A program made the position numbers and the translations under genes. The notes below the pieces were generated by a model. The model had not been told where the DNA came from. It searched no databases and saw only the letters and a program-made list of their open reading frames with translations. This document shows, piece by piece, positions 1 through 24,501 of a stretch of DNA of 64,000 nucleotides. Source of the DNA: the human T2T-CHM13v2.0 reference genome, Homo sapiens; NCBI RefSeq assembly GCF_009914755.1, contig NC_060943.1. One strand, 5' to 3'. Numbering within the stretch: position 1 is the first letter of the stretch; each line of letters starts with the position of its first letter.

Positions 1-49
1 TTTTTGTGACAGCCAGCCTGGGGCTGGGGAGAAATTAAGACATGGAACC

Positions 50-5727
<5,678 letters not shown>

Positions 5728-5879
5728 ATTCGACAGTTCTCTGTTACTGAGCACGTGAGGGAGTTCTACGTCCCCACCTTCATACAACTGAGTGGAACCA
5801 CATGAGTAATCCCGATGAATGAGCTGTGATTGGAAGGGCCGGGAGTCGTTCCTGGACCAAAGCTGTTTTGCTTGCATAA

Positions 5880-9200
<3,321 letters not shown>

Positions 9201-9429
9201 AAAGAGTTAGAAACAAACAAATGGACCTTAAATCACATCCCTTCCTCTAAGACTCCCTGAGTACCCCCTCAGTGACTCTCCTGAAAAGATCACCCAAATT
9301 TGAGATTATGTTGTTTGCTGTGGGTGCAGGGGCAGGGGTCAGGGTGGCAAGGAAGGTCCCAGGCTGTGGCAACCTTCCATTCCGTGGTACTTACCGCTTC
9401 CTGCCTTTTGCGCCCCTCCCCTCTGGCGT

Positions 9430-10100
9430 GCAGGCCAATTGTTGAGTGGGAATACAATTCTGCTTAGCACCAAGTTATGTCATACCACTCTGTGGCTTCC
9501 GATTGGCTATTCTTTCAAAAATGAGTCACTCAAAGTATCTCAATTCCTTTCTCAGAGCCTATCCTGAGGCCCATCAGAAACCAACAGTTCCTACGTCTGG
9601 AATTTTCTAGAAATCTGGAACTGCTGTCCCTCCCTTTGTGAGATTTCCCGCCTTTTCCAACCAAGCCCCGCCCATTGGCCTTCGGCCTATCGTCAGGCAA
9701 CACCAATCTGACTAGCACCCAATGACGTCATAAGAGCGTTCTTATTGGATTGGCCACTTTGTCAGGGTCCCGTTGTGCTGTGGTCCTAACTTCAGCTCCG
9801 CGTATTGATTCAAGGCCTTGTTCGCTTCCCTCTAGAGAGTGTGCCAGCATCGATCAGGGGTCTGTAGACAAAAATTCCCAAAGATTTGAGACTTTATTGG
9901 GGGAAACAGATCACTGGCGGGGAATAAGCCACAGGCCAAAGGAGGAAATGCTGGGACCAGAAGTCCCGCTTGCCGCCTTTTGCTAAAAGTTCCGCACGCC
10001 TGCTCGGCGTGGGCGCAAGCATAGTGTCGTCGGGGCTCTGCGACGTCTGATTGGCTCTCTGCAGTGCACCGTCGAGGTAGAAGGCTCAGCTCCTAGTCGC
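9430..10100. promoter_or_regulatory. CCAAT-box and CRE rich promoter-like region at the edge of a CpG island
   Basis: Perfect palindromic CRE TGACGTCA at 9723-9730. CCAAT/ATTGG boxes near 9435, 9502, 9674, 9703, 9744, 9749 and 10050. GC box CCCCGCCC near 9666. Confidence 0.6.
9893..9898 (-). terminator. NTN5: NTN5 polyadenylation signal (AATAAA)
   Basis: TTTATT on the plus strand, about 250 nt downstream of the NTN5 stop codon. Confidence 0.75.
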
Positions 10101-10520
10101 TCCCAAATTACTTTGTTGGTGCTCGAGGCAGCCCCATCTCACGTCTAGTGCTCCGGCCTGGGGCTGGGTGTGGGTGCCCGCACGCCGCGGCAGCCTCCGG
10201 CGCGCTCCTCCTGCTGCAGCCGCTTCAGGGGCCGGGCCCAGCGCGGCCTCCATGGCAGCGCGAGGCCGTGGCGGTCGAGGATGAGGCGCGTGGGGTCGGG
10301 GTCGCCCACGGCGCTGCCCAGCAGCAGGTAGTCGGTGCCTGGCTGCAGGCGCAGGCAGCCGCAGGTCAGGTCGGCGCGGGGCACCCAGGCGTCCTGGTCG
10401 CCGCGTCGCACGGGCTGCGCCCGCTGCTTGTAAACGGCCAGCACGCGCACGGCCAGCCGCTGCCATGCCGGGCCCGCCGCCTCGGACGCTAGCACCTGCG
10501 CGCGGAGAACTGTGGGGAGG
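9960..10520. other. CpG island over the NTN5 terminal exon
   Basis: Very high GC content and CpG density, seen directly. Confidence 0.85.
10145..10509 (-). CDS. NTN5: Netrin-5 last coding exon (NTR/C345C domain, stop TAG)
   Basis: Acceptor ccccacag|TT. Encodes (V)[22 protein letters not shown]...PSPRPEH*. 365 nt, phase-compatible with the previous exon. Confidence 0.97.
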
Positions 10521-11930
10521 GGAGATGTCAGCCCAGGTCGTGGGGAGCTTCCAGGGTACCTCTGGGTCCCGTGGGGTCAGTCACAGTGGGCAGGAGCCCG
10601 AGACCGGTGGGTGGGCTTCTGGTATCGCAGTGGGGAGAGAAACCTTGAACCTTGGAGAGTTTGACCCTAAATCGTGAGGGGTAGAGCCTGCTGGAGGAAA
10701 CATCTTTGAGATAAGGAGTTAAACTATAGTAGGTGGGGCTGGGGACAGGGCAGAAGAGGCAGGTCCAGGGTCTCTAATGCAGTGGAGTCAGAAGGTATCA
10801 ATGGTGGAATTCTTGGGAAGGAGGGGTCACATTGCCGGGGGAGGGGCTCTGGGATAAATTTCGAGGACCAGAAGAAGGAAGAGACTGGTCCCTGGAATGT
10901 GAGGGCTGAGGTCATACTGATAGTGATTCAGAAAAACATAAATTTTTTTTTTGAGACGGAATCTTACTCTATTGCCCAGTCTGGAGTGCAGTGGTGTGAT
11001 CTCAACTCACTGCAGCCTCTGCCTCCCAGGTTGAAGTGATTCTTGTGCCTCAGCTGGGTTTACAGGATCCTGCCACCACGCCTGGCTAATTTTTGTATTT
11101 TTAGTAGAGATGGAGTTTCACCATGTTGGCCAGGCTGGTCTCGAACTCCTGACCTCAAGTGATCCGCCCACCTCGGCCCCCACAAAGTGCTGGGATTATT
11201 AGCATGAGCCACCGCGCCCGGCCAGAAAAATGCACTTTCTGAGAGGCTGGGTGGGACTCTGACTAGCCAGCTGGGTCTGCGGGGCAGGAGATCCCTGTGG
11301 AAGGTGGGGAAAATCTTTCCACCTGTGAAGGCCTAGAACACTAGTGACCAGATGAGGTTCCTGAGGGAGAAGTCTGCGGTCCTATACATTGAGAGAAATA
11401 GCTGGCGTTGGTCTAGATTTGTTGGCTGGGCCGAACTCCTGAGTGTCTTAAGAGAGCTGAATAGCCTGAGGTCATAGACCCCAAGGTCATGGAGCAGGTG
11501 TGGACTGGGGATTAGGGAACCGTGGGACAAGTCTTTATGGGAAGTGGGGCTAAGGCTCAAATATCTGGGACCATGAAGGGAAGCAGAAAGGGTCTCTGAG
11601 ATAGGGAGGACAGGGCAAGAGTTCATTCCACTCAACCAGTTCCCCTATCTCTTCCATCCCTCAGAGATGTCAGGCTGAAGGAGATGATGAAACTCTGTAA
11701 GCCGAAGAACATGGGGAAAGAGGAGACACAGGAAGGTAGTGAATGCCCCCTCCCCACTCCCCTCCCCATTTGTCTTCTGCCCCATCAATTTCTAGATCAG
11801 GAAGGGGTTTGGAATCCAACACTCCTTCCCATTTAAGATGAGAAAGTGGAAGGCCAGAAAGGGGGTGGCTTAGAAGCAGTCATCAGAACCAGCTGTGTAG
11901 CCTTCAGCTGTCTGTCTCCCCAGCACTCAC

Positions 11931-12011
11931 CATGGTCCTGCTGGCAGTACCCCCGAAGGCTCATGTGTACCCTGGTGTCCGACATATTGCAGTAGTTTTG
12001 ACACTGAGGGT
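11931..12011 (-). CDS. NTN5: Netrin-5 coding exon 5 of 6 (start of NTR domain)
   Basis: cctccccag|AC...CATG|gtgagt. 81 nt, encodes DPQCQNYCNMSDTRVHMSLRGYCQQDH. Confidence 0.95.
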
Positions 12012-12228
12012 CTGGGGAGGGTCAGGCTGTCTGCAGTGGGCTCCTGGGGCCTAGACCACAGCCTTCTGCCCCTGCCCATCCCTCCATTCCATCTTGATGG
12101 CCAGCTGGGGTACCCAAACCTTTGGGACTGGGCTCAATGGGTGACCCATGTATCCCCATCTGGGGACCCAGTCAGCCCATCCTCATTCCCACTTGCCACT
12201 CAGGGACCTCCGTGCCAGACTGTCTTAC

Positions 12229-12282
12229 CAGAGCTATAAGCACCAGGAGTAGTGGCAAGGGTGGTTGTTGCCTCTGGAATTC
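12229..12282 (-). CDS. NTN5: Netrin-5 coding exon 4 of 6 (linker)
   Basis: tctcacag|GA...TCTG|gtaag. 54 nt, encodes RIPEATTTLATTPGAYSS. Confidence 0.93.
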
Positions 12283-12610
12283 CTGTGAGACCAAAGGAGA
12301 AATTAACCTCTTAGTCATTTCCCCCAGGATCCCCTCGCCCCTGCCCCGGGAATCCAGGCACCCAAACTCTTAAGTGTTTATTCCTTTAGGACTCAAGAGT
12401 GCAAGCATCCCTTGCCTTCAGGCCCCAAGCCTCCTTTTCCTCAAGAGTCCAGAATTTCAGTCCCTGCTTATCCGAGGGCCCAGAGTCCAGCCTCCAGCCT
12501 TGGGCTCCCAATTCCCAAGGCCCCAGCCCTCACTGCAGCTGTGCACTGGAGACCTGGGATGTCTCCTTCCCACTCTACTCAGGCTTGTGGCCTGGCCCCT
12601 CAAGACTTAC

Positions 12611-12760
12611 GCTGGCAGGGCATCCTGGGGGAGCGGCTCTGCTGGTAGCCAGGGCCACAGCGGTTGCAGGTCAGGCCTGTGACCCCTAACTTGCAGGTGC
12701 ACTGCCCACTGGTCTGGTTGCAGGTTCCTCCTGTTGCCCCAATAGGGTGGCACTGGCAGG
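12611..12760 (-). CDS. NTN5: Netrin-5 coding exon 3 of 6 (laminin EGF-like domain 3)
   Basis: catgtag|CC...CAGC|gtaagt. 150 nt, encodes [50 protein letters not shown]. Confidence 0.97.
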
Positions 12761-12827
12761 CTACATGAGCAGAGGAGCTGGGGGCATGGGGTATCAGGGC
12801 CCCAGATGCCCCTCCCAATTCCACAGT

Positions 12828-13005
12828 GCCTCCTCCCTCAGCCTGGGGAGTCCAGGCCCCCAGCCCCTCTTCCCTCAGACCCAGGAGTCCAGGCCCCCAG
12901 CCCCTCCTCCCTCAGGCCCAGAGTCCAGGCCCCCAGCCCCTCCTCCCTCAGATCCAGGAATCCAGGCCCCCAGCCCCTCCTCCCTCAGCCCCAGGAGTCC
13001 AGCCC
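12828..13005. repeat. MSR1-type ~37-bp minisatellite (about 4.5-5 units)
   Basis: Unit CCCTCAGACCCAGGAGTCCAGGCCCCCAGCCCCTCCT repeated in tandem; matches the chr19-enriched MSR1 minisatellite. Degenerate units extend over 12320-12560. Confidence 0.88.
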
Positions 13006-13046
13006 TACCTCTGCTCCCCCCAGGCCTGTCTGCAGGCCACACTCAC

Positions 13047-13235
13047 CTCTGCAGGCCCTGCGGCTGAAGATAGGCTGGCTAGGGTCCCTCCAGAACCCAG
13101 GTTGGCAGTAGTGGCAGTGCCGCCCAGCTGTGTGGTGGCGGCACCGCTCACAAACACCCCCACTCCGGCCGCCCGACAGTCTGAACAGCTCAGAGTTGAA
13201 CCGGCAGCGTCGGGCGTGCTGGTTGCAGGAGCAGG
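13047..13235 (-). CDS. NTN5: Netrin-5 coding exon 2 of 6 (laminin EGF-like domain 2)
   Basis: cctag|CC...AGAG|gtgagt. 189 nt, encodes [63 protein letters not shown]. Confidence 0.97.
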
Positions 13236-13323
13236 CTAGGAGCAAAATGGGGTGGGGGCGCATCAGGGCCGAGTGTGCTGCTCCCCAGTCCTCAGCTTTC
13301 TTCCCATGGCCCTGCCCTCATGA

Positions 13324-17230
<3,907 letters not shown>

Positions 17231-17394
17231 GACTGATAAATATGTGTTTAATGACCGAATACTTTCCCCCTGTGGTTGGTTTGAGGAGTCAGGTACCATC
17301 CAGCTGTCCTGTTCCCCTACAACTGTTCAATAAATATTACCCAAGTACCTGCATCCAGCCAGGCCCTGGGATGGGTGCTCGGAAACTGTTATTA

Positions 17395-18527
17395 CATCAT
17401 CATCACCACCACCATCATCATCACCACTATCACCACCATCATCACCACTATCACCATCACCATCATCACCACTATCACCACCATCATCACCACTATCACT
17501 ATCATCACCACCACCATCACCATCACCACCACCACCACTATCACCATCATCACCACCACCATCACCACTATCACCATCATCACCACCACCACCATCATCA
17601 TATCACCATCATCACCACCACCACCACCACCACCATCACCACCATGACCACCATCATCACCACCATCACCACCATCACCATCACCACCACCACGACCATC
17701 ATCACCACCACCACCATCACCACCACCATCACCACCACCACCATCACCACCACCATCACCACCATCACCACCACCACCACCACCACCACCACCATCACCA
17801 CCACCACCATCATCACCACCATCACCACCACCATCATCACCATCACCACCACCAACACCACCACCATCACCATCATCACCACCATCACCACCACCATCAT
17901 CACCATCACCACCATCACCACCACCACCACCATCACCATCACCACCACCATCACCACCACCATCACCACCATCACCATCACCACCACCACGACCACCATC
18001 ACCACCACCACCATCATCACCACCATCACCACCACCATCATCACCATCACCACCACCAACACCACCACCATCACCATCATCACCACCATCACCACCACCA
18101 TCATCACCATCACCACCATCACCACCACCACCACCATCACCATCACCACCACCATCACCATCGTCACCACTACCATCACCATCACACCACCACCATCACC
18201 ATCACCACCATCATCACCATCACCACCACCACCATCACCATCACCACCACTACCATCACCACCACCATCACCATCATCACCACTACCATCACCATCACCA
18301 CCACCATCACCACCACCACCATCACCATCATCACCACTACCATCACCATCACCACCACCATCACCATCATCACCACCACCATCACCATCACACCACCACC
18401 ATCACCATCACCACCATCATCACCACCACCATCACCACCACAGTCATCACCATTATCACCACCACCATCACCACCATCATCACCATTACCACCATCACAC
18501 CATCATCATCATCATCACCATCATCAC
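17395..18527. repeat. 1.13-kb imperfect trinucleotide repeat (CAC/CAT)n = (GTG/ATG)n
   Basis: Seen directly. Produces the poly-His, poly-Thr/Ile, poly-Pro/Ser and poly-Met/Val pseudo-ORFs. Confidence 0.98.
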
Positions 18528-18761
18528 AGGCTGATGAGTGTTGGGGAGAGGCTGAGCCCCTCATGAGCAGACAGGCCCATGTGTGGCTGAGATACAGGAC
18601 TGGCTGCAGGGAGGAGGTATGAGGGGACCGAGTCTGAGACTGGGGTGAGAGGCAAGGAGCACCCAGTTCCAGCGAGGGAAGGGAACATCCTGCTCCCGTA
18701 GGGACAAAGGACCCAGTGGCAGGCAGGCAAAGGCAGGGAGAGTGAGGGGCGCAGGACTCAC

Positions 18762-19392
18762 GTAGGCAAGGGTGGGGGTGCCGGGGCGTGGCAGGCCGCC
18801 AGGGCCAGTCTCGATGGGACGGGCGGCAGCTCTCGCACCCCGGGCCAGTGGTATGGTGGCGGCAGTGGCAGCGGGGGGGCCGGGCACGGGCGGCACAGCG
18901 GGCAGCGTGGCCATGACACTGGCAGCGGCCTCTCAGCCCAGCTGCCGCTAGCCCGGCCTGGCCCCCAAACTCCACACGGAGGTGGCTGGCCGCCACAGTG
19001 GCCTTAGGACCTGGTGTGGAGTGGAAGGTCACCCTTTCAGGGCCCCCTAAGGCCCCAGGCCAGGCGGGCCTGTGCCACAGCAGCCTCCAGGGACCCCCTG
19101 AGGCCCAGGCAGCAGACAGGATGAGGGCTGGGGGTCCTGGGGTACAGAAGCGCAAGCTGACAGATGTCAGGAGGAAGGGGCCACCCAGGGCCAAAGTCAG
19201 GCTGCCATTGCAGGTTTCCCTGGCGCCAAGGTGGTTTCCTGGGGACAGGGCACAGGCCTGAGGGCAGGAGGCCGCCACGGCAGCCAGCTGTGTCACTGGC
19301 GGGAGGCAGAATTGGGGGCGGCCCTGTGGATCGTAGCATGGGTCCGCAGTGGCCTGGCCCAGGAGGAGCAGGAGGGCAAAGGTCACGGGCAT
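18762..19392 (-). CDS. NTN5: Netrin-5 first coding exon (signal peptide, truncated laminin N-terminal region, laminin EGF-like domain 1)
   Basis: ATG at 19392 (exon acceptor ccctccag|19412). Encodes [21 protein letters not shown]...HPCL, donor C|gtgagt. The six exons total 631+189+150+54+81+365 = 1470 nt = 489 aa plus stop. Confidence 0.97.
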
Positions 19393-21337
19393 GGTCACAG
19401 CAGAGCCAGCACCTGGAGGGAAGAGAGGTGGCTGGGCTGGGGATCTCAGCCGCAGCCTCTACCCCTCCTGGAGGTGTCCTGTGGAACTGGGGCATTCCAC
19501 CCCCAACCCGTCCAGGCCCCCTCCCCGGCTGCATGGAAGCGAGGAAAATAGTTCCATCTGGGGAGAATTACTGTTTACATAACCCAAAGGGGAAAGAACG
19601 CAGACAAAATCGAGAATTTTGCCTGAACTAATCCGTAGCTTAACACCCCAGAGTTATCCGTCAGTGTCGAGGGGCAGGGGGCCCTGGGGAGCGGTGAGCG
19701 GCTGGAGCAGAGGGGCTGGCCAAGGCCAGCAGACGTGGAAACCTAGAGAGGGACACAGAGACAAGCAGGGCTGGGCAGGAGAGGGGGCTTAGGGACAGAT
19801 GAAGACTCAGTCACAAAGAAATAGAGGACAGGACAGAGGCAGAGAGAGGACAGTCAGCCTAGGGGAGGCGCTCGGCACAGAGAAGTTGCTGCAAAGACAG
19901 AGGAACAGACAGGAGGCTGAGAGGCTGAGACAGAGGCCAGGCACCCAGAGGCCACAGGGAGCTGGGAGACTGAGGCTCGGACTGCCTGGGGGCTGGGATA
20001 GGTGGGCAGGTGGGCTCAGAGACACCCAGCCTGGCAGGCCCTGGGGAGGGGAGGGAAGGGGACAGGCTAGGGGTGTCTGGCGGGGGATCAGAAGTGAGAG
20101 ACCGAGGCCCAGGCCTGCAGGGATCAGAGCCATTGCCTTTCCCACATGGGGCCCTAACCTTGTTCTCCACACCCTGGGCACGGAAGGGGATTATCACCAA
20201 ACAACCCAGCCTCCCTGCCACCCGCCCACCCACCCCCAGCGCCCCACCCTTAACCCTTTCCCACCCGAGTGCAAAGCCCAGAGAGCTGAGCTGAGGAAAG
20301 GGATGCTGGGAGCTGGAACCTGGGTGGCTCTGGGGCTTGGGAGCGGGACAGTGGGATCCCCATGGGGTCAGGGGAAGCAGACACCTGGGTTCCCTTCAGA
20401 ACTCAGGGTGTGGGGACCGGAAGTTAGCGTTCTGGGACTTTCTGCTCACCTCAACCCTGCCCTCTATTCTGGGCCTCAGGGCCTGGAGACCAGAGTCCCT
20501 ACATTCTCCACCCATCCAGAGTTCCCCAGAGCAGATGGGGGAACAGATGTTGGGGGCGGTGGGTAATGAGGAGGAGAGAGGCAGGAAGGCAGGAGCTGGG
20601 ACAGGGTGGGGTGCCAGATGCCAGGGCGCCCGTGGGGGCAGAAGCCCAGACCCTAGGAATGGCAGGAGCTGGGAAGGACTGGACTCTGAAATGCCCCCAC
20701 TTTCCCCTTCCAGGGCCAGCAGCCTCTGGTGAGGAGCTCACTGTGGACTGGGGGCCTCGGAGCCTTTCCAGGCCCTTGGCTCTGAATCTGCGCCCAGGAA
20801 TGTCCCTGGGCTGGGCATCTCTGGGGCACCCTGGCGGTTGAGGTGGGCCACACCTGCCCCAGCCTGGCCTCACTGCCCATGTCCCCACTGCTGTTGGCCA
20901 CATGCAGACGCTGCCTCCCCTGGCCCAGATGACAGGCCTCGCCCTCCGCCCTCCCAAGGAGCCTGGCGCCATTTTGCACCCACTCAGGTGGCAGCCGCCT
21001 GCCTGGCCCTCAGCAGCATCCTGTTAAGGGCCAGTCCCCCATGTCCCCTTTCTCTCTGGATAGTTGCTGGATAGTTCAGGGGGTGGCACCCTCTGGCCCT
21101 TAGCACCTTGAGGAACCAGGCTGTGAGTTCCCTAGTGTTCCTGGGGGATCCAGAAACCAGTCGTGGCCCACAGAGAGCCCATACCCCTCTTTAAGAAAGA
21201 GTCCAGCCATGCTCCCAGCAGACTCATAGGAGGCCTGCCTGGGCGGCCTGGGGTCCATCTGGGACCCAGGCTTCCTTTCCCTGGCTCTTGGCATGCACCC
21301 CCCAACCCGAGCCCTGAGGCCCCGACATTGGCCAAAC

Positions 21338-21423
21338 CTGCACTCAAGAAGAGAGCGTCCTGCAGCCAGTTCCCCGCAGGCTCTTCCTCCAAGCTGTGGC
21401 GCGGTGGGCTCTCAGGAGGGAGT
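21338..21423 (-). other. NTN5: Probable non-coding exon 1 of NTN5
   Basis: Minus-strand donor GAGTGCAG|gtttgg at 21338/21337 in a GC-rich region. The 5' end is approximate and rests on recalled gene structure. Confidence 0.5.
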
Positions 21424-21561
21424 GGCGTGGCTGTTCTCAGGCCCCAGGCTAGTGGGGTTTCTGGGCTGGGCGGGGGCTCAGAGCAGAGCCCGCAGAATCT
21501 AACACCGCCACCCCCCTCCCACCCCAATCCCTCACCAACCGCAGCCACGCTATCCCCACAG

Positions 21562-21673
21562 GGACCCCTGCCAGCCAGGCCACCCGCAACGGTGTGGGAC
21601 GTGAGTGCCGTTGCCCCCGGCGGTCCAGCAGCAGGACAGCCCCGAGCAGCCTGGCCTAGGAGGCTCACCGCAG
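21562..21673 (+). pseudogene. SEC1P: Upstream (formerly coding) exon of SEC1P
   Basis: Acceptor tatccccacag|21562 and donor GCAG|gtagga at 21673. 21592-21673 reads VWDVSAVAPGGPAAGQPRAAWPRRLTA plus one base (G), in phase with the SEC1P main exon. Confidence 0.75.
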
Positions 21674-24010
21674 GTAGGACGGGAGGCTGTCAGTCGGGGG
21701 TCCCGCTCCATCCCACTCCACCCCTGCCCACTGGCTCAGCCCCGCCTTGTGGTGGCCGCCATCGCGATCGGGCAGGGGCTGACCTTTGGGAGACAATCGC
21801 TGTTGGAAACTTTGCTCAGCCCCTGCCTCTGGCTGCGTGACCCCAAGCCAGCCCCTCCTCCTCCTCTCTGGAACCTTTTGTCAGCTGTGGGTTCACCGAG
21901 CCTTAAGGTCAGTAAAATCTGTGCTCTTGGAAGGTTCAGACCAGCCCCTGGAATTCAAAAGACCTCAGTCGCTTTCTAAGATGGTGGGGAAGGCGACAAA
22001 TGAGCTGAGAACACCTGGGCCCCAGTGTTTCTCATGCGGCAGAGGGAGAAGGCGGGGACCCCCGGGGTGCGGGGGACCAAGCTCAAAAGCACCTCCCCAG
22101 TGCCGCTGGTGTCCTGCGAGTCCTCAGTGCTTTCATCGTGACATTTTCATGCGAATGTTGCTGTCTGTTCTATTCCATCTCCGAATGGGTTGACTAGAAA
22201 AATAATGTTTTCTGTCACTTCCCGCTGAGAAAAGCAAGGGCCTCATGGAGTTGGGGCGCGGCACCTGCTGCCCTGGGTGGCCCCAGCGTTTATCGTGGTG
22301 TAGCGTGGGCCCAATCCTGACAGGCTTGGGACCCACTGCCCCAGGCCCGCCCCCAGGGGGTGCGAGGGCACAGCAAAGGCGACCCTCGACTCTGGACCCT
22401 TAGGTACCACGTTGGAGGGGGCCAGATTTGGCAGGAGCAGGACAGGGACATCGGATTTGAAAGAAGGGAGTCACTCCGAAAGCTGGGAGGTGCATCAGCT
22501 GCAGGAGGATGGAATGGGGCTGAGACGCCCCCCATCAGAGGGGGCATGTCAGAGCTGGGGGCCCAGGCTGTGTGAGTCAGAGTGGAACTTCGGGATTCAG
22601 GCGCAGGTCCCTCCGCTGACCCTGCCTGAGCTCCCCCTGTATGGGACTTTGCCGGGGGTTCGCGCTGGGAACACAGACCCCTGCCCCATCAGGCTCAGTG
22701 TCCAGAGAGGGAGGGGGAGACCCCAGCAGCGCAGGTCCTTCTGTGCTCTAGGTTGTTGGAAGGTGCCAAGTGCCTTGGAGCAAAGCAAGTGGGGGGGGCG
22801 GCCACGGGGGCCCGGGGATTGCAGATGTAAGTGGGGTGATGCGGAGGGCATTTGTGCTGAGCCCACCGCCAGCACAGAACCCAGCTTTGCTGCCACACAA
22901 AACTGAGGAAGAAGGCTTAGGTCTCGCTGCGTCTTCCTCCCCACCTGGGCGAAGTCTCAAGCTCCGGCTCCTGGAGGGAAGCTTTTGTTCCTTGCAGCTT
23001 GAGCTGCCTGAGTTGATGGGCGCCCCTGCGGGTGCCCGGGGGCAGGCGGGGAAGAACAGACGGAGCTGCCACAGCCGAGCACATAGTGCCCCAAGCTGGG
23101 AAGGAGACTGTTTTTTTTGTTGGGGAGAGTTCTTTAAGGGCTGGAGACCTTCACCCTCACAGCTTCTACAGAAGGCCAGGCCTGCCCAAGGCACATCTCT
23201 GAGGTGGGTTCAACCCAGAGAGAACCTCAGTGCTGGGCTCACACAGACCTCTAACCCCTGCCTTGGTGGCCCAGATATAACGGAGTCTCCACGAGGCAGG
23301 GCAGGTCACCCGCAGGAGTTACTGGGCATTGTGTGGCTGGGTAGGGCCTGCCCTCCCGGACATGTTCAAAAAGGCCAGGATGGTAACCCCAGCCATACTG
23401 CCTGGGTTCAAATCCACCTCTGTCCTAGCTGTGTGACCGAGAACAAGCTTCTTAACCTCTCTGTGCCTTCATTTCCTCATCTGTTAAATGAGGAAGAAAG
23501 AATGGACCTTCCTCATGGTGGGCGGAGGGGGTCATGAGGACTGAATGAGCTGACATGCCCACGGGTTCTTATCTGAGCTCTCTGGGAAAGTCGTGTTCCG
23601 GAACCTTCTGCTTCCTGGCCCTGTTGTCGGATGCATAGTACGTACGTGACATGGCATCCATGGTAGGTCTGGGCCGCATCACATTGTCAAACATGTTATG
23701 TTTTAGGCAGCAGAGCACATGGGTGTTCACAGTAAGAGAAGTAAAGTCTGCAAATAGCCACATGACCCTCCTCCAAGCCAGGGTTGTCCCCAGATGAGTT
23801 CAGTCCAGGTTGGCGTTTGCCGCTCCCCCTGAGGAAAATGGCTGACAAGGAATCGCGGACCAGGACAGCCAGCCCCGTGATGGGCCTGCCCGCCAGCACC
23901 CTCGCAGCCTCGGCCTTGGCTGGTGCTTTTCTGCGGCTTTCTGGTTGTCTAGGCTGAGAACAGCCACAAGAGGGAGCACCTGAGATTCCAGGAGAAGCCA
24001 GAGCAGCCGC

Positions 24011-24177
24011 GGTACCCACTGCTTGATCTGCAGGGCCTGGGGGAAAATGCAGACACAGGACCCCTTGTTTAGAATTTATGAAGGATTTTAAGACGGCAAC
24101 ACCAGATCATTAAAGCAAGCGTGGGGCCTGTCTCAGCGCAACTGCACGAGTCACACAAAATGAAGGCGGACCCCGCG
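24011..24177 (-). mobile_element. MER45A-like hAT DNA transposon
   Basis: Reverse complement resembles the MER45A consensus as recalled (...GCTTGCTTTAATGATCTGGTGTTGCCGTCTTAAAATCC...AACAAGGGGTCC). Confidence 0.6.
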
Positions 24178-24501
24178 GGGGGCACCCTTGTCCTGAGCTG
24201 GTTTCCCTTGGCCAGTGACCCAGGCTCCTGTCCCTGCCCTGCACCCCCACTGACCCCAGCTCTAGCCTTGGGACCTGCCTGGGGGCTCCAGCTGGGCTCA
24301 GAGCTCAGCTCCTTCTCCGTGGGGCAGGACCCTGAGTTGAGTGGATGGCAAGATCATGTTTGGGACACAGTTTTCACCAGCTCAGTGAAAAAAGGCTTGG
24401 GCAGATTTAATTCACTTTTTGCAAACTAAAGCAGCACCAGGAGCATTTTTCTTAGGCCTTAGGCCAGCTGGCCTTGCTGGGGACCCACACGAGACTTTCA
24501 A

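Noticed and set aside
12828-13005. 37-bp periodic repeat superficially like a CRISPR array
   Set aside because: Units are contiguous with no unique spacers, the context is human, and there are no cas genes. It is an MSR1 minisatellite.
17242-18534. 430-aa His/Thr/Pro-rich ORF resembling a mucin or extensin, plus the antisense Met/Val ORFs
   Set aside because: Explained by a stop-poor trinucleotide repeat. The residue blocks switch exactly at repeat register shifts, and there is no splice or domain context.
18388-18761. C-terminal extension of the 336-aa NTN5 ORF past the splice donor
   Set aside because: Read-through into intron 2. The canonical donor at 18762 gives the 489-aa netrin.
21531-21536. 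Alternative minus-strand donor (GGTTG|gtgagg) as the end of NTN5 exon 1
   Set aside because: Cannot be excluded from sequence alone, but the donor at 21338 fits the recalled intron length better. Junction reads would decide.
19799-23537. Several 150-255 aa ORFs in the GC-rich NTN5 5' region
   Set aside because: Low-complexity Pro/Gly/Arg translations expected at this GC content. Only the 27 codons at 21592-21673 have splice and homology support.
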